Assembly (NCBI GenBank): GCA_030605695.1
Contig: JAUWHX010000093.1
Location: 6,681 to 70,680, forward strand
Length of the DNA: 64,000 bases
Reading direction: 5' to 3'
Source: a bacterium
GTDB taxonomy: Bacteria; Hydrothermota; UBA3073; JACQXS01
Each line of letters opens with the position of its first letter. Position 1 is the first letter of the stretch. This document shows, in pieces, positions 37,291 through 46,823 of the stretch. The notes beneath the pieces are model-generated. The model saw nothing but the letters and a program-made list of their open reading frames with translations. It made no database searches and had not been told where the DNA came from. The translations under genes were made by a program, and so were the position numbers.

Positions 37291-38214
37291 TTATTCTTCT
37301 AATTTTTTCTTTATTTCAGGTAAAGCATTGGTAATTGCTTTCTCGCCTGCTGAGATAGCCTCCTTTGCACGAAAGAATTCGAGAGGTTTGATGAATTCAA
37401 GAGAGGGAGTAATTAAGAAATCCGGTGTGTATCTTGCCAATTGCAGAGTAACAATTTGATACTCGGTAATAGCTATTGTCTGAAGTATTACACTGAATAT
37501 ACTTGGTGTTGAAGTTCTCTTTCTCAATAAGTCGTTAAGATGGGTAACAGGTTTCAAGGAAGATAAAAATTTGTTCAAGTGAATATTTACTATTTTAGAG
37601 TTAATTTTCTCTGTCGGGGGCTTTCTTGTTTCTTTTTTCATTTTAATATCTTGCACTTTCTTTTGAGGAGAAGGAAGAACATTCACGGCAATCACAACAT
37701 CCGCATCCATATCAACAATAGCACTTACAGGAACAGGATTTACAAGTCCTCCATCTACCAGAAATTTCCCATTATACTTGGCAGGTGTAAATATACCGGG
37801 AATAGAAATACTTGCTCGGAGTGCGTGAAGTAGTGAGCCTTCCGTTATTATAGTTTCTTCACCTGTCATAACATCGGTTGCAATGGCGGCAAACGGAATA
37901 TTGAGGTCACCTATGTTCTGTCTACCAATTATAGATTCAATAAATTTCATTATTTTATTGCCATCTACGAGACCGGAATAAGAAATTGTTGGTGCAAAGA
38001 GTGTAATTGTTTTCGTTTTATCTACATTCAGGGTTATCTCTTCCATTTCCTTGGCACTCACTCCCGATGCATAGATTGCCCCTATAAGTGCTCCTATACT
38101 TGTCCCTGCAATAAAATCTACATGGATTTTTTCTTCATCAAGGACTTTAAGTACTCCTATATGTGCAAGTCCTCTCGCAGCTCCAGCGCCAAGGACAAGT
38201 CCTATTCTTTTCAC
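37291..38214 (-). CDS. Patatin-like phospholipase (RssA-type)
   Basis: GxGxxG (GAGAARG), GTSIG nucleophile elbow, and a DGG catalytic Asp motif. Confidence 0.8.
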   Translation of the reverse strand: MKRIGLVLGAGAARGLAHIGVLKVLDEEKIHVDFIAGTSIGALIGAIYASGVSAKEMEEITLNVDKTKTITLFAPTISYSGLVDGNKIMKFIESIIGRQNIGDLNIPFAAIATDVMTGEETIITEGSLLHALRASISIPGIFTPAKYNGKFLVDGGLVNPVPVSAIVDMDADVVIAVNVLPSPQKKVQDIKMKKETRKPPTEKINSKIVNIHLNKFLSSLKPVTHLNDLLRKRTSTPSIFSVILQTIAITEYQIVTLQLARYTPDFLITPSLEFIKPLEFFRAKEAISAGEKAITNALPEIKKKLEE

Positions 38215-38289
38215 TATACAAACTCCAAATTTGTTAAGTATTTATATATGCACTAATTATCTATCCTTTTTAAATCTCATAAATAGTAT

Positions 38290-38344
38290 AAAAGCCACAG
38301 AATCATATAGAAATCTCATTCCTTTGCAAGATTCTGTGGCTTTT
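38290..38344 (-). terminator. Rho-independent terminator-like hairpin
   Basis: Perfect 15-bp inverted repeat aaaagccacagaatc / gattctgtggctttt with a 25-nt loop, T-rich on both sides. Lies between the mdh remnant and the patatin promoter region. Confidence 0.5.
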
Positions 38345-38439
38345 CTTTAATCTTCCTCAAATAAGTTTACGGTTATATAGTAGGTTAAAGAAAGTGCTTC
38401 AAACCTGCTCTCTTAAATTTGCTGATAAACTATACCGAC

Positions 38440-38783
38440 TTATTTAGTCAACTGGTCAAGTTCAGTTACTATTTCCCGTATTGCTAATACGCTTTTATCA
38501 AGTGCAGCCTTTTCATCATTTGTGAGTGCGATTTCCACTGGTTTGACTCCTTTTGCACTAATCTCAGTAGGTACACCTGCAAAGACATCTTTATGATCGT
38601 ATTCACCCTGCAATCTTGTGCAGCAAGCCATAATTTCCTTTGTATCATACAGAAATGCCTTAGCATCTTCATAGCACAAAGACCTCCTGTTGGAAAACTA
38701 GAGGAATGTCCCTTCTGAGTAATGATATACTTACCCCTGCCTTTCACATTTTGCGTAATGGTTTCAACTTTTTCCTGAGCCAC
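38440..38783 (-). pseudogene. mdh: Malate/lactate dehydrogenase 3' fragment, truncated and frameshifted
   Basis: Two overlapping frames together encode only the C-terminal third of an LDH/MDH-family protein (AQEKVETITQNVKGRG... / ...LCYEDAKAFLYDTKEIMACCTRLQGEYDHKDVFAGVPTEISAKGVKPVEIALTNDEKAALDKS..). No NAD-binding N-terminal domain lies upstream. Confidence 0.55.
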
Positions 38784-38843
38784 AAAGAATTAATTTTCCC
38801 TCTGTGCTCTCTGTGGTTTCTTCCGTATTCTTTCATCTATGGT

Positions 38844-40721
38844 TTAATGAATTACCTCAAATTTATACGGTTGTATGTAATCACCGTATCTCTCTCTTGC
38901 CTTGAGCAATCTATCTTTTTGCTTGTTCAATACTTCAAATAGCACTTGCGGTGTATTCAAAACTTTAGTCTTATAAATCTCTATTATCCTATCAATTTTA
39001 GCTAAATGAGCTGGAACTCTTGTGGTGAATTGCTTAACATAATCATCTCCGGAATACTCTTTGTTTGTTGCTTCTTTGAATAGTCTCACGAGGTCTGCAT
39101 ATATTGGGATAAAACCAGTTGGAGTTCTTATTGCTTTAACTTCATTATGCACACGCAGTTCCATCCATTTAAGCCAAACCGCTTTATCAGTCTTTTCATT
39201 CATAAAATTTCCATCCTCATCCTTGAGAAAGTAGTTCACAGAAAAAACAAGAGGAGGGTTCTCAAGTTCAGCACCAAAATTTAGATTGCTTTCTATATAT
39301 TTACCCAAGGGAATAGATAAGAAATCAAGATTGGACATAAGATTGAATTTCCTCACTCCTTCTTTTCCAAGAGTAGCAGCTGTAGTCTCTGACTCAATTG
39401 ATGCACCTTTAGTTATTATACCATGCACCCAATCAAAAGATTCTTCTACCGGTACCCAGGTGTCTGAATCCCTGCCTCCATAAATTATTCCTCCAACTTC
39501 AACACCATTAGGGTCATTCAAGCAGGGGCTAACATTTTCCAAAAGCTTTAAATCAAGGGTAAAACGGGCATTTCTATGTGAAGGTGTGATTTCATTTCCT
39601 TGAGCATCTTTATTCCCAATACTCCATTCGCCTGAATGATTGATGCCCTTGGGAGGAACTTTATCATCTTTTCCAATCCAATAGGCATCCTTATCTTCAG
39701 TAACCAGAATATTTGAAAATATAATCTCATTGGGAGAGTGAAGCACTTTCCATATTATAGGGTCATCTTTTGAGTTAACGCCCATTATTATCCCAAACAT
39801 TCCACTCTCTACATTGACTGCATACGCTTTCCCACCTCTTTTTCTGAAATAAGCTATATCGTCTCCGACTATACTTTCGCCTTTTATCATTGAGGTAGAA
39901 GTCTTACCACACAACGAAGGAAACGCTCCTGTAAAATAAGTTACTCTGCCATTTGGACCAGATACTCCCATTACAAACATATGTTCCGTCAACCAATTTT
40001 CTTTTGACGCTCTGCTTATCCCAAGTCGCATTGCGGGCTTCTTTAGCCCAATAGTATTACCACCATATTGTGTATTTGCAGAATACACAATCTCATCATC
40101 AGTATCAATGTATATCCTGCGTTTATCAATATTCTTGCTCGTCATTCTTGCATCAAGCTCTCCTGCACTATGCACAAACTTGAAAAACTTCGCATTCCGT
40201 CCCTGCCTTTTGAATTCCTCATACCCCCATCTATACAACAAGTCCTCACTATGTGCCACATAGCCAGAATCTGTAAGTTGAACACAGGGAATAGAGAACT
40301 CGGAATTTGTCGGTCCCAGACAGAAGAATCGGACATACAGTTCGTGACCTTGCATAATGTTTCTCATAATACCGTCAAGCTCAGCAAGTCCTTGTTCCTT
40401 ATCTATTGCATTTAAATTGGGACCTAAATCAACACCTCTGGGGACTAAAAACTTGGTGCGTTCTTTATCCCTTGCCTGGTCATAATAGCCATCAAAATGG
40501 ACAGTATGACCTTCTATGGCAAGTTTTTCTTCCTCTTTATTTCTTATTACCGATTCTCTAATGTATCTAATGTCATTTGCTGAATCAGTGCACACAAATA
40601 CACTGTCAGGATTACAAAGTTCTATATATTTAGCAACAAACTGATGTAATTTGGGGTTATCTATCTCTAAAAGCTTTTGATAATTATCTTTTCCCAGTTT
40701 AGCCTGTAGCAGCTCTTCCAT
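38844..40721 (-). CDS. pckG: Phosphoenolpyruvate carboxykinase (GTP)
   Basis: 625 aa; GTP-PEPCK motifs (..FPSLCGKTS.. kinase-1a, ..YGGRDSD..). Confidence 0.85.
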   Translation of the reverse strand: MEELLQAKLGKDNYQKLLEIDNPKLHQFVAKYIELCNPDSVFVCTDSANDIRYIRESVIRNKEEEKLAIEGHTVHFDGYYDQARDKERTKFLVPRGVDLGPNLNAIDKEQGLAELDGIMRNIMQGHELYVRFFCLGPTNSEFSIPCVQLTDSGYVAHSEDLLYRWGYEEFKRQGRNAKFFKFVHSAGELDARMTSKNIDKRRIYIDTDDEIVYSANTQYGGNTIGLKKPAMRLGISRASKENWLTEHMFVMGVSGPNGRVTYFTGAFPSLCGKTSTSMIKGESIVGDDIAYFRKRGGKAYAVNVESGMFGIIMGVNSKDDPIIWKVLHSPNEIIFSNILVTEDKDAYWIGKDDKVPPKGINHSGEWSIGNKDAQGNEITPSHRNARFTLDLKLLENVSPCLNDPNGVEVGGIIYGGRDSDTWVPVEESFDWVHGIITKGASIESETTAATLGKEGVRKFNLMSNLDFLSIPLGKYIESNLNFGAELENPPLVFSVNYFLKDEDGNFMNEKTDKAVWLKWMELRVHNEVKAIRTPTGFIPIYADLVRLFKEATNKEYSGDDYVKQFTTRVPAHLAKIDRIIEIYKTKVLNTPQVLFEVLNKQKDRLLKARERYGDYIQPYKFEVIH

Positions 40722-40926
40722 TTTTCTTATCTTAAGCTCGGTTCAAGTCTTGTCAATAAACTTTTATAAGAAAAATAAATCGTAGATACATACTAAGAAT
40801 TGAAAGATTTAAAGATTTGAAAATTGCAGATTAAACATCTTAAACCTTTAATCTTCTAATCTTTGAATCTTCTAATCCGTGTCTATCTGCGGTTAAAATA
40901 CTTTTTCAGGAAATCTTGCTGTCAAT

Positions 40927-41481
40927 TCAAATTTTGAACTTTTTTACTCCTTGCTCAAATAAGTCTCCACCCCAGCAGTCGTTTGCTACTGTGCAAGGAA
41001 AATCCTCAACCAAAAGCTCCCTTATCGCTTCTGCTCCTAAATCCTCGTATGCAATTATCTTGGCTGACTTAACAGATTTTGCTATTAAAGCCGCTACCCC
41101 ACCGGTTGCTGCAAGATAAATCCCTTTATATTCTTTTAGTGCCTCACGAACTTCCTTGCTACGATTGCCTTTGCCAATCGTAGCTTTAAGCCCATTCTTA
41201 TGCATAAATGGAGTAAAGGGGTCCATACGATACGAAGTCGTTGGTCCTGCACTTCCGATTACATAACCTGGTTTTGCAGGTGCTGGTCCTACATAATAAA
41301 TCACTGCCCCTTTAAGATTTATAGGAAGTGGCTTGCCAGTTTTTAATAACTCATATAATCTCTTATGAGCCGCATCCCTGCCAGTGTAAATTATGCCAGA
41401 TAATAAAACCTTATCCCCAATCTTAAGTTTTTCAATATCCTCATCACTCAAAGGCGTCTTGAGCTTTATCTCATTTCCCAT
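40927..41481 (-). CDS. fumB: Fumarate hydratase class I, beta subunit (C-terminal domain)
   Basis: Start moved to MGNEIKLKTPLSDEDIEKLKIGDKVLLSGIIYTGRDAAHKRL.... The extended annotated ORF is an N-terminal read-through into the intergenic hairpin. Confidence 0.75.
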   Translation of the reverse strand: MGNEIKLKTPLSDEDIEKLKIGDKVLLSGIIYTGRDAAHKRLYELLKTGKPLPINLKGAVIYYVGPAPAKPGYVIGSAGPTTSYRMDPFTPFMHKNGLKATIGKGNRSKEVREALKEYKGIYLAATGGVAALIAKSVKSAKIIAYEDLGAEAIRELLVEDFPCTVANDCWGGDLFEQGVKKFKI

Positions 41482-41501
41482 AATCCCTCCCTTACAAAAA
41501 A

Positions 41502-41578
41502 TCACCGCAGAGTCGCAGAGTTCGCAAAGAAAAATTGTAATTATAAAAACCTCTGCGTTCTTTGCGTCTTTGCGGTGA
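41502..41578. repeat. MITE/REP-like palindromic element, copy 1 (TIR t[ct]accgc ... gcggt[ga]a)
   Basis: Long imperfect hairpin: arms rich in cgcagag/cgcaaag heptads, A/T loop. Highly similar to the copy at 44153-44224. Confidence 0.7.
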
Positions 41579-41623
41579 AAATCTTTTAACTCATGTAATC
41601 TATAATTCCCATTTATTTCTTGC

Positions 41624-42220
41624 TTAAAAATGAAAACATAACCAGGTGCTAAGAGACCCTTGCAGAGGAAGATAAAAATATACACTATCATAGATATTAG
41701 AATAATCTTCCTCATCAGAATATTTCTTTTCCAAGTAGGTCCGTGAAACACTGACTAACGAAGTTTTAAACCTTAAACTCAGTTGCTTACCCATAAGACT
41801 AACGAAATATTCAATCCCAGGGTCAATACTTACACTGTAAGTTTGAGACAAACTTTCTTGCCAATGGGTTCCATCGTGGTAGTCATAATCCACACCAAAA
41901 TAAGGTTCTAAAGCAATAAAAGGCGAAAACGAACTACTTGCACGAAAGTATTTATAAAGCCCAATACCTGCGGACCATTGCCAGTCCTTACTATCATTAT
42001 TACTTCTTTCCTCCTTACTAAAATAGCCACTACCATCTATCCCTATCGCAACTGTTTTCCACGGCCTCCATGAGACAGAATATTGGGTGAAACTGAACAA
42101 TCCGAATAAAGGCCAATCTTTAGGCATTCCCAATCCCACTGTCCATTTGCCCTGTAAGTTCACTAAACTCGTGGACTCACCAGGCACTCCAATCATCAAA
42201 ACACTCAACAAAATCCACAT
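41624..42220 (-). CDS. Small outer-membrane beta-barrel-like protein, inserted between the two fumarate hydratase subunit genes
   Basis: Signal-like N-terminus, alternating hydrophobic beta-strand pattern, aromatic-rich, terminal F. Confidence 0.4.
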   Translation of the reverse strand: MWILLSVLMIGVPGESTSLVNLQGKWTVGLGMPKDWPLFGLFSFTQYSVSWRPWKTVAIGIDGSGYFSKEERSNNDSKDWQWSAGIGLYKYFRASSSFSPFIALEPYFGVDYDYHDGTHWQESLSQTYSVSIDPGIEYFVSLMGKQLSLRFKTSLVSVSRTYLEKKYSDEEDYSNIYDSVYFYLPLQGSLSTWLCFHF

Positions 42221-42305
42221 CTTTCCCTCCTTTTCAAAATAAATACCTAAACGCCTAAATACCTAAAATTCTTTATTTAGGCATTTTGGACTTTTAGGCA
42301 TTTGT

Positions 42306-43175
42306 TTATATTACTGCATTCTTGTGCCTTGAAACATGGCAATTCAAGTTGACTGCCACAGGCATCGTCGCTATATGACAGGGATAAGTCTCTATATGCA
42401 CTGCCAGAGCCGTTGTCCTTCCACCAAGCCCCATAGGTCCTATTCCCAGATTATTTATCTCCTCCAATAATTCTTGCTCAACTTTAGCAAATTTGGGGTC
42501 TGGATTTGGCGCTCCAAGTGGCTCACGAAGCAAAGATTGTTTTGCAAGCATAGCACATCGCTCAAATGTCCCGCCTATTCCTACTCCCACAACTACTGGA
42601 GGACAGGGATTGCCACCTGATTTCCTTACTCGCTCAATTACAAACTTCTTGACTCCTTCTATCCCATGAGCCGCTGTAAGCATCGCAACTTCCGCCATAT
42701 TTTCTGCACCGCCTCCTTTGGGACAAAAGATAATCTTGAGCTTATCCCCGGGAACAATATCTGTATAAATAATAGCAGGAGTATTATCCTTTGTGTTCAC
42801 TCGCGAAAGCACAGGGTCATCCACAATAGATTTCCTCAAATATCCGTCTTGATAGCCTTTTCTTACTCCTTCATTTATTGCATCTTGAAAATTGCCTCCA
42901 GTAATATGAACTTCCTGCCCGAGTTCAACAAAAAAGATGGCAAATCCAGTATCCTGACATATCGCAAGCTTTTCCTCACGAGCAATCCGATTATTTTCTG
43001 TAATCTCATCCAAAATAGCTTGACCAGTTGGCGAATCTTCCTTCTCTTTTGCCTTTTTTATAGTGTCAAGGACATCCTCTGGCAAATTATAATTTGCATC
43101 CATACATAGACGAGCAACGGCAGGAATAATCTCTTTAGTATTCACTTCTCTCATCTTTCCTCCTATTTCTTCCAT
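42306..43175 (-). CDS. fumA: Fumarate hydratase class I, alpha subunit (N-terminal domain)
   Basis: Fe-S ligand region (..CQDTGFAIFFVELGQEV.., ..CPKGGGAENM..). A possible alternative start MREVNTKEI lies 7 codons in. Confidence 0.75.
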   Translation of the reverse strand: MEEIGGKMREVNTKEIIPAVARLCMDANYNLPEDVLDTIKKAKEKEDSPTGQAILDEITENNRIAREEKLAICQDTGFAIFFVELGQEVHITGGNFQDAINEGVRKGYQDGYLRKSIVDDPVLSRVNTKDNTPAIIYTDIVPGDKLKIIFCPKGGGAENMAEVAMLTAAHGIEGVKKFVIERVRKSGGNPCPPVVVGVGIGGTFERCAMLAKQSLLREPLGAPNPDPKFAKVEQELLEEINNLGIGPMGLGGRTTALAVHIETYPCHIATMPVAVNLNCHVSRHKNAVI

Positions 43176-44107
43176 AATTCAATAACTTTTGATTCTCCAG
43201 CAGCACGCACAATAGCCTCATGCTTTCTTCTATTCTTAAAGTTAATCTTAAACTCCAACTCAACAGTAATCCAATCCTTAATTGCATTTCCTGCTATTTT
43301 TGCAGGGGTAAAGACCCAGGTTTTAGCTATCGGCTCAAAAGCTTTCTCGTTTAGCTCAAGAATTTCTGATTCTATAAGTTTTACTTCAAGTGCCTCTCCT
43401 TTTTTACTCAATAAGATTCGAAACCAAGCTTTTCCTTCTATATTCTTATCAAGCAGTTCTTCGGGATAATCGGGAAGCGATATGCTTTTAGGTTCAGGCA
43501 ATTTATATATTACACTCTCGGGTGTCCCTTTACAAAGGAGTCGTAGTTCATCATAACTCTTTCGCTCTATCCGTATGCTGTTAATCACATCACCCTTTTT
43601 AATCCCTTTCACCACATCCATTCCTTTAATCACCTGCCCGAAAACCGTGTATTGATTATCAAGATGAGGTTGTGGGGCAAGGCAAATATAAAACTGCGAG
43701 CCCGCTGAATTCGGGTCTCCACTTCTTGCCATAGCAAGCGTTCCTAAAAGATGCCTCTGCTTGTTAAATTCTGCATTTACACTGTATCCGGGTCCTCCAG
43801 TTCCATCTCCAACCGGGTCTCCTCCTTGAGCCATAAACTTGGAAATAACTCTCCAAAATGTGAGTCCATCATAGAATCCAAGATTTGCAAGCATTATAAA
43901 GTTCTTCACAGTATTTGGAGCATCTTCTGGGGAAAACTTCATATAAATTTCATTTCCATTTTTCATAGTAATAACTGCTATCTCCGACCCATCCACTTTA
44001 AGCGTATCAAGAATAGCTTTCCTGACTTTTGGTGTAACCTTTGTCATTTTACCAAACCCCGTTGTTGCAAAAACGAACATTGTTAAAAAAAGAATCCACT
44101 TTTTCAT
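43163..44107 (-). CDS. Cyclophilin-type peptidyl-prolyl isomerase fused to a C-terminal TonB_C-like domain
   Basis: Signal peptide; cyclophilin core (FWRVISKFMAQGGDPVGDGTGGPGYS); a C-terminal about-90-aa domain resembling the TonB C-terminal fold. Confidence 0.6.
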   Translation of the reverse strand: MKKWILFLTMFVFATTGFGKMTKVTPKVRKAILDTLKVDGSEIAVITMKNGNEIYMKFSPEDAPNTVKNFIMLANLGFYDGLTFWRVISKFMAQGGDPVGDGTGGPGYSVNAEFNKQRHLLGTLAMARSGDPNSAGSQFYICLAPQPHLDNQYTVFGQVIKGMDVVKGIKKGDVINSIRIERKSYDELRLLCKGTPESVIYKLPEPKSISLPDYPEELLDKNIEGKAWFRILLSKKGEALEVKLIESEILELNEKAFEPIAKTWVFTPAKIAGNAIKDWITVELEFKINFKNRRKHEAIVRAAGESKVIELWKK

Positions 44108-44152
44108 CTCTCCCTCCTATATCTATTTTATCCATAAACTTCAAAAAATAAT

Positions 44153-44224
44153 TACCGCGAATTTCTTGACGCAAAGGTCGCAAAGGAAAAATTAAAACTC
44201 TGCGTTCTCTGCGACTCTGCGGTA
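44153..44224. repeat. MITE/REP-like palindromic element, copy 2
   Basis: ttaccgcgaatttcttgacgcaaaggtcgcaaagg-aaaaattaaaa-ctctgcgttctctgcgactctgcggtaa. The right arm is 24/28 identical to copy 1. Confidence 0.7.
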
Positions 44225-44250
44225 AAAAACACTAATCAGTGGCTTTCACT

Positions 44251-45315
44251 CTATAGGGTGAAATCAATCTTCTTATCCAGTCGCAAAACAAAACCCGCCA
44301 TAAGCTTTGCTACATTCTCAAGGTCATCTAATGAGATAAGCTCAACAGGCGTGTGCATATATCTATTTGGAATTGAGATAAGTCCTGTAGCTACACCTGA
44401 CCTTGTTAACTGGATTACATTTGCATCTGTGCCTGTAGCTCTTGGTGCTGCCTCAACTTGATAGGGTATTTTTTCTTTCTTTGCAACATCCACGAGTAAA
44501 TCAAATACTTTTGGATTTATGTTTGGGCCCCTTGATATTACAGCACCCTTACCTATTCGGATATCCCCACTCTTTGTAGCTCCTGATTCTTCTGCTGGAT
44601 AATCTGTGGCAAATGTTACATCTGTAGCAATTCCTACATCCGGTGCTATACCAAATGCACTTGTATGGGCTCCACGGAGTCCAATCTCTTCTTGAACTGT
44701 GGCTACGGCATATACACCGGCTTTCAGCTTCTTTTTTGAAAGAATCCTCAGGACTTCAGATACCACCCAGGCACCTGCTTTATTATCAAATCCTCTTCCA
44801 ACTACTCTATCTTTATTTAAAACCTCAAATCCAACTGCAGGAATAGCTGGGTCGCCGATACTGATAAGTTTCTCGGCTTCTTTTTTATCTTTAGCTCCTA
44901 TGTCTATAAAAAGTTGCTCAAGTTTCACTACTTTTTTCCGTTCTTCCGCTTCCAAAAGATGAATTGCTTGTCTTCCTATTACTCCGAGAATCTTCCCTTT
45001 TTTTGTCTTAACCCATACCCTTTTTCCTGGAACAAGATGTAAATCAATTCCTCCAATTGGCGAGAAATACAAAAACCCAGATTTATTTATATATTTCACC
45101 ATATAGCCAACTTCATCCATATGCCCTGCAAGCATCACTCTGGGTTTGCCATTCTTGTTCAATACTCCTATTGCATTTCCATGCACATCAGAAGATACTT
45201 CATCAGCAAATTTCCGAGTTCTCTTTTTCCACGATTCTCTTGCTTCTTCTTCAAAACCAGATGGACTCATAGAGTCAACAAACTTCCTGAAAAAATCTAA
45301 GCTCTCCCTTTCCAT
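44251..45315 (-). CDS. M42-family aminopeptidase / endoglucanase-like (FrvX/TET)
   Basis: Metal-ligand motifs (..GHMDEVG.., ..DNKAG.., ..EEIGLRGA..). Confidence 0.75.
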   Translation of the reverse strand: MERESLDFFRKFVDSMSPSGFEEEARESWKKRTRKFADEVSSDVHGNAIGVLNKNGKPRVMLAGHMDEVGYMVKYINKSGFLYFSPIGGIDLHLVPGKRVWVKTKKGKILGVIGRQAIHLLEAEERKKVVKLEQLFIDIGAKDKKEAEKLISIGDPAIPAVGFEVLNKDRVVGRGFDNKAGAWVVSEVLRILSKKKLKAGVYAVATVQEEIGLRGAHTSAFGIAPDVGIATDVTFATDYPAEESGATKSGDIRIGKGAVISRGPNINPKVFDLLVDVAKKEKIPYQVEAAPRATGTDANVIQLTRSGVATGLISIPNRYMHTPVELISLDDLENVAKLMAGFVLRLDKKIDFTL

Positions 45316-45325
45316 TTTTCCCTCC

Positions 45326-45679
45326 TTACATTTGGTCTATAACCTTTTCTTTTGCTTTTTTATACTCTTCATCGGATAACATTCCCTGTTCATGCAATTT
45401 TTTAAGCTCTTCAAGTCTTTCCGTCGTGTCTTTTTTTCCTGTAAGTTCATCAATCCAGGGACGCTTTGGTGGAAACCCAATTGCCGGAACTACTAAATAA
45501 TAAACAAGTGCAAATATTCCAAGGAAAAAACCAACAACAACTGCGAGTGGAATGCTCCTTCCTTTTTGCCTTGCAATAAGTATGCACGCTATCCAGCATC
45601 CAGTCCACATAATGCTCCCAAAACCTACTATTTCTCCCTCCTTTTGCCAATATATAATTTGAAATTTTGCAAGTGTCAA
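45326..45679 (-). CDS. Small membrane protein with C-terminal SHOCT-like motif
   Basis: Two TM helices plus LEELKKLHEQGMLSDEEYKKAKEKV. The annotated ATG overlaps a TTGACA-17-TATATA promoter-like sequence, so the real start may be the internal ATG at 45610. Confidence 0.45.
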   Translation of the reverse strand: MTLAKFQIIYWQKEGEIVGFGSIMWTGCWIACILIARQKGRSIPLAVVVGFFLGIFALVYYLVVPAIGFPPKRPWIDELTGKKDTTERLEELKKLHEQGMLSDEEYKKAKEKVIDQM

Positions 45680-45784
45680 GAAAATTATACCACGAATGAA
45701 TACAGATGAAAAAACTCTACCCTGAAAATATCACGGAAAATTTGGGTTGACAGAGGTGAGTTCTCTGCGATATATTTTAAAGAG

Positions 45785-46768
45785 ATGTTTATTGACCGAA
45801 TAAAAATACAGGTTAAAAGTGGTAAAGGAGGAGATGGATGCATAAGCTTCAGAAGAGAGAAATATGTTCCTCGTGGAGGTCCAGATGGTGGAGATGGTGG
45901 TCAAGGTGGGGATGTTCTTCTAAAAGCAAGTTCTAAATATCCAAGTCTTTCCCATCTTCATCATATTTCACATTTTAAAGCTGGTAATGGGCAAAATGGG
46001 AAAGGCAAAAATCAACATGGGAAAAATGGAAAGAACATTATAATTTCGGTTCCTCAGGGAACTGTTGCATATACCGTAGAATCAACTCAAAAATTATCCT
46101 TGCTTGGAGAACTTATTCGGCAGGGAGAATCCCTCGTAGTGGCAAAGGGAGGAATGGGCGGAATAGGAAATACGAGTTTTAAAACCTCAAAGAACAAAGC
46201 TCCCCGCATTCGGAAAGTTGGAGGACCTGGAGAAAGTTTAAGTTTGTTGCTTGAGCTAAAGCTGATTGCAGATGTAGGGCTTGTTGGATATCCGAATGCA
46301 GGGAAAACTACTTTGCTCAGTCAGATTTCAAATGCAAAGCCCAAGATTGCTTCTTATCCATTTACAACCCTCACGCCAAATTTAGGAGTTGCATATATAG
46401 ATGACAAGAAGCTCACAATTGCTGATATTCCCGGTATAATAGATGGTGCACACAAAGGAAAGGGATTAGGGCTTGAGTTCCTTCGGCATATAGAACGTAC
46501 TCATCTCTTGATTTTTGTGCTTGATGTTACACGAGACGACCCTTCGAGCGATTACAATGCTTTAAGAAATGAAATAAGAGAATATAACCCGAGAATATTA
46601 GAAAAGCCATCTATCGTAGTATTAAATAAAATAGACCTTGTAAGAAATTGCAAATTATTAGAAGAATCCTGTCGCAGACTCCTTCGGAGCGGAAAAGGAG
46701 CAATTTCAATATCTGCATTAAAAGGAGATGGCATAGATAAACTTCGTGCGGAGCTGATGAGAGTTTAG
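45785..46768 (+). CDS. obg: GTPase Obg
   Basis: Obg fold with Gly-rich N-domain and G1-G4 motifs (GYPNAGKTT, DIPG, NKID). Confidence 0.85.
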   Translation: MFIDRIKIQVKSGKGGDGCISFRREKYVPRGGPDGGDGGQGGDVLLKASSKYPSLSHLHHISHFKAGNGQNGKGKNQHGKNGKNIIISVPQGTVAYTVESTQKLSLLGELIRQGESLVVAKGGMGGIGNTSFKTSKNKAPRIRKVGGPGESLSLLLELKLIADVGLVGYPNAGKTTLLSQISNAKPKIASYPFTTLTPNLGVAYIDDKKLTIADIPGIIDGAHKGKGLGLEFLRHIERTHLLIFVLDVTRDDPSSDYNALRNEIREYNPRILEKPSIVVLNKIDLVRNCKLLEESCRRLLRSGKGAISISALKGDGIDKLRAELMRV

Positions 46769-46823
46769 AGTAGAAGAATTTATCTTATTACTTGACTTTT
46801 TAAGATAATGGAGTAAAGATTAA

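Noticed and set aside
37291-38214. Patatin-like phospholipase as an antiphage or CBASS-type effector
   Set aside because: It is a standalone RssA-type patatin, translationally adjacent to lnt in a housekeeping context, with no cyclase, sensor or other defence partners.
40927-41751. Long 274-aa version of the fumarate hydratase beta-subunit ORF
   Set aside because: The N-terminal 90 codons read through the intergenic palindromic element and overlap the outer-membrane-protein gene. The conserved FumB domain starts at MGNEIKL (41481) with an ATG.
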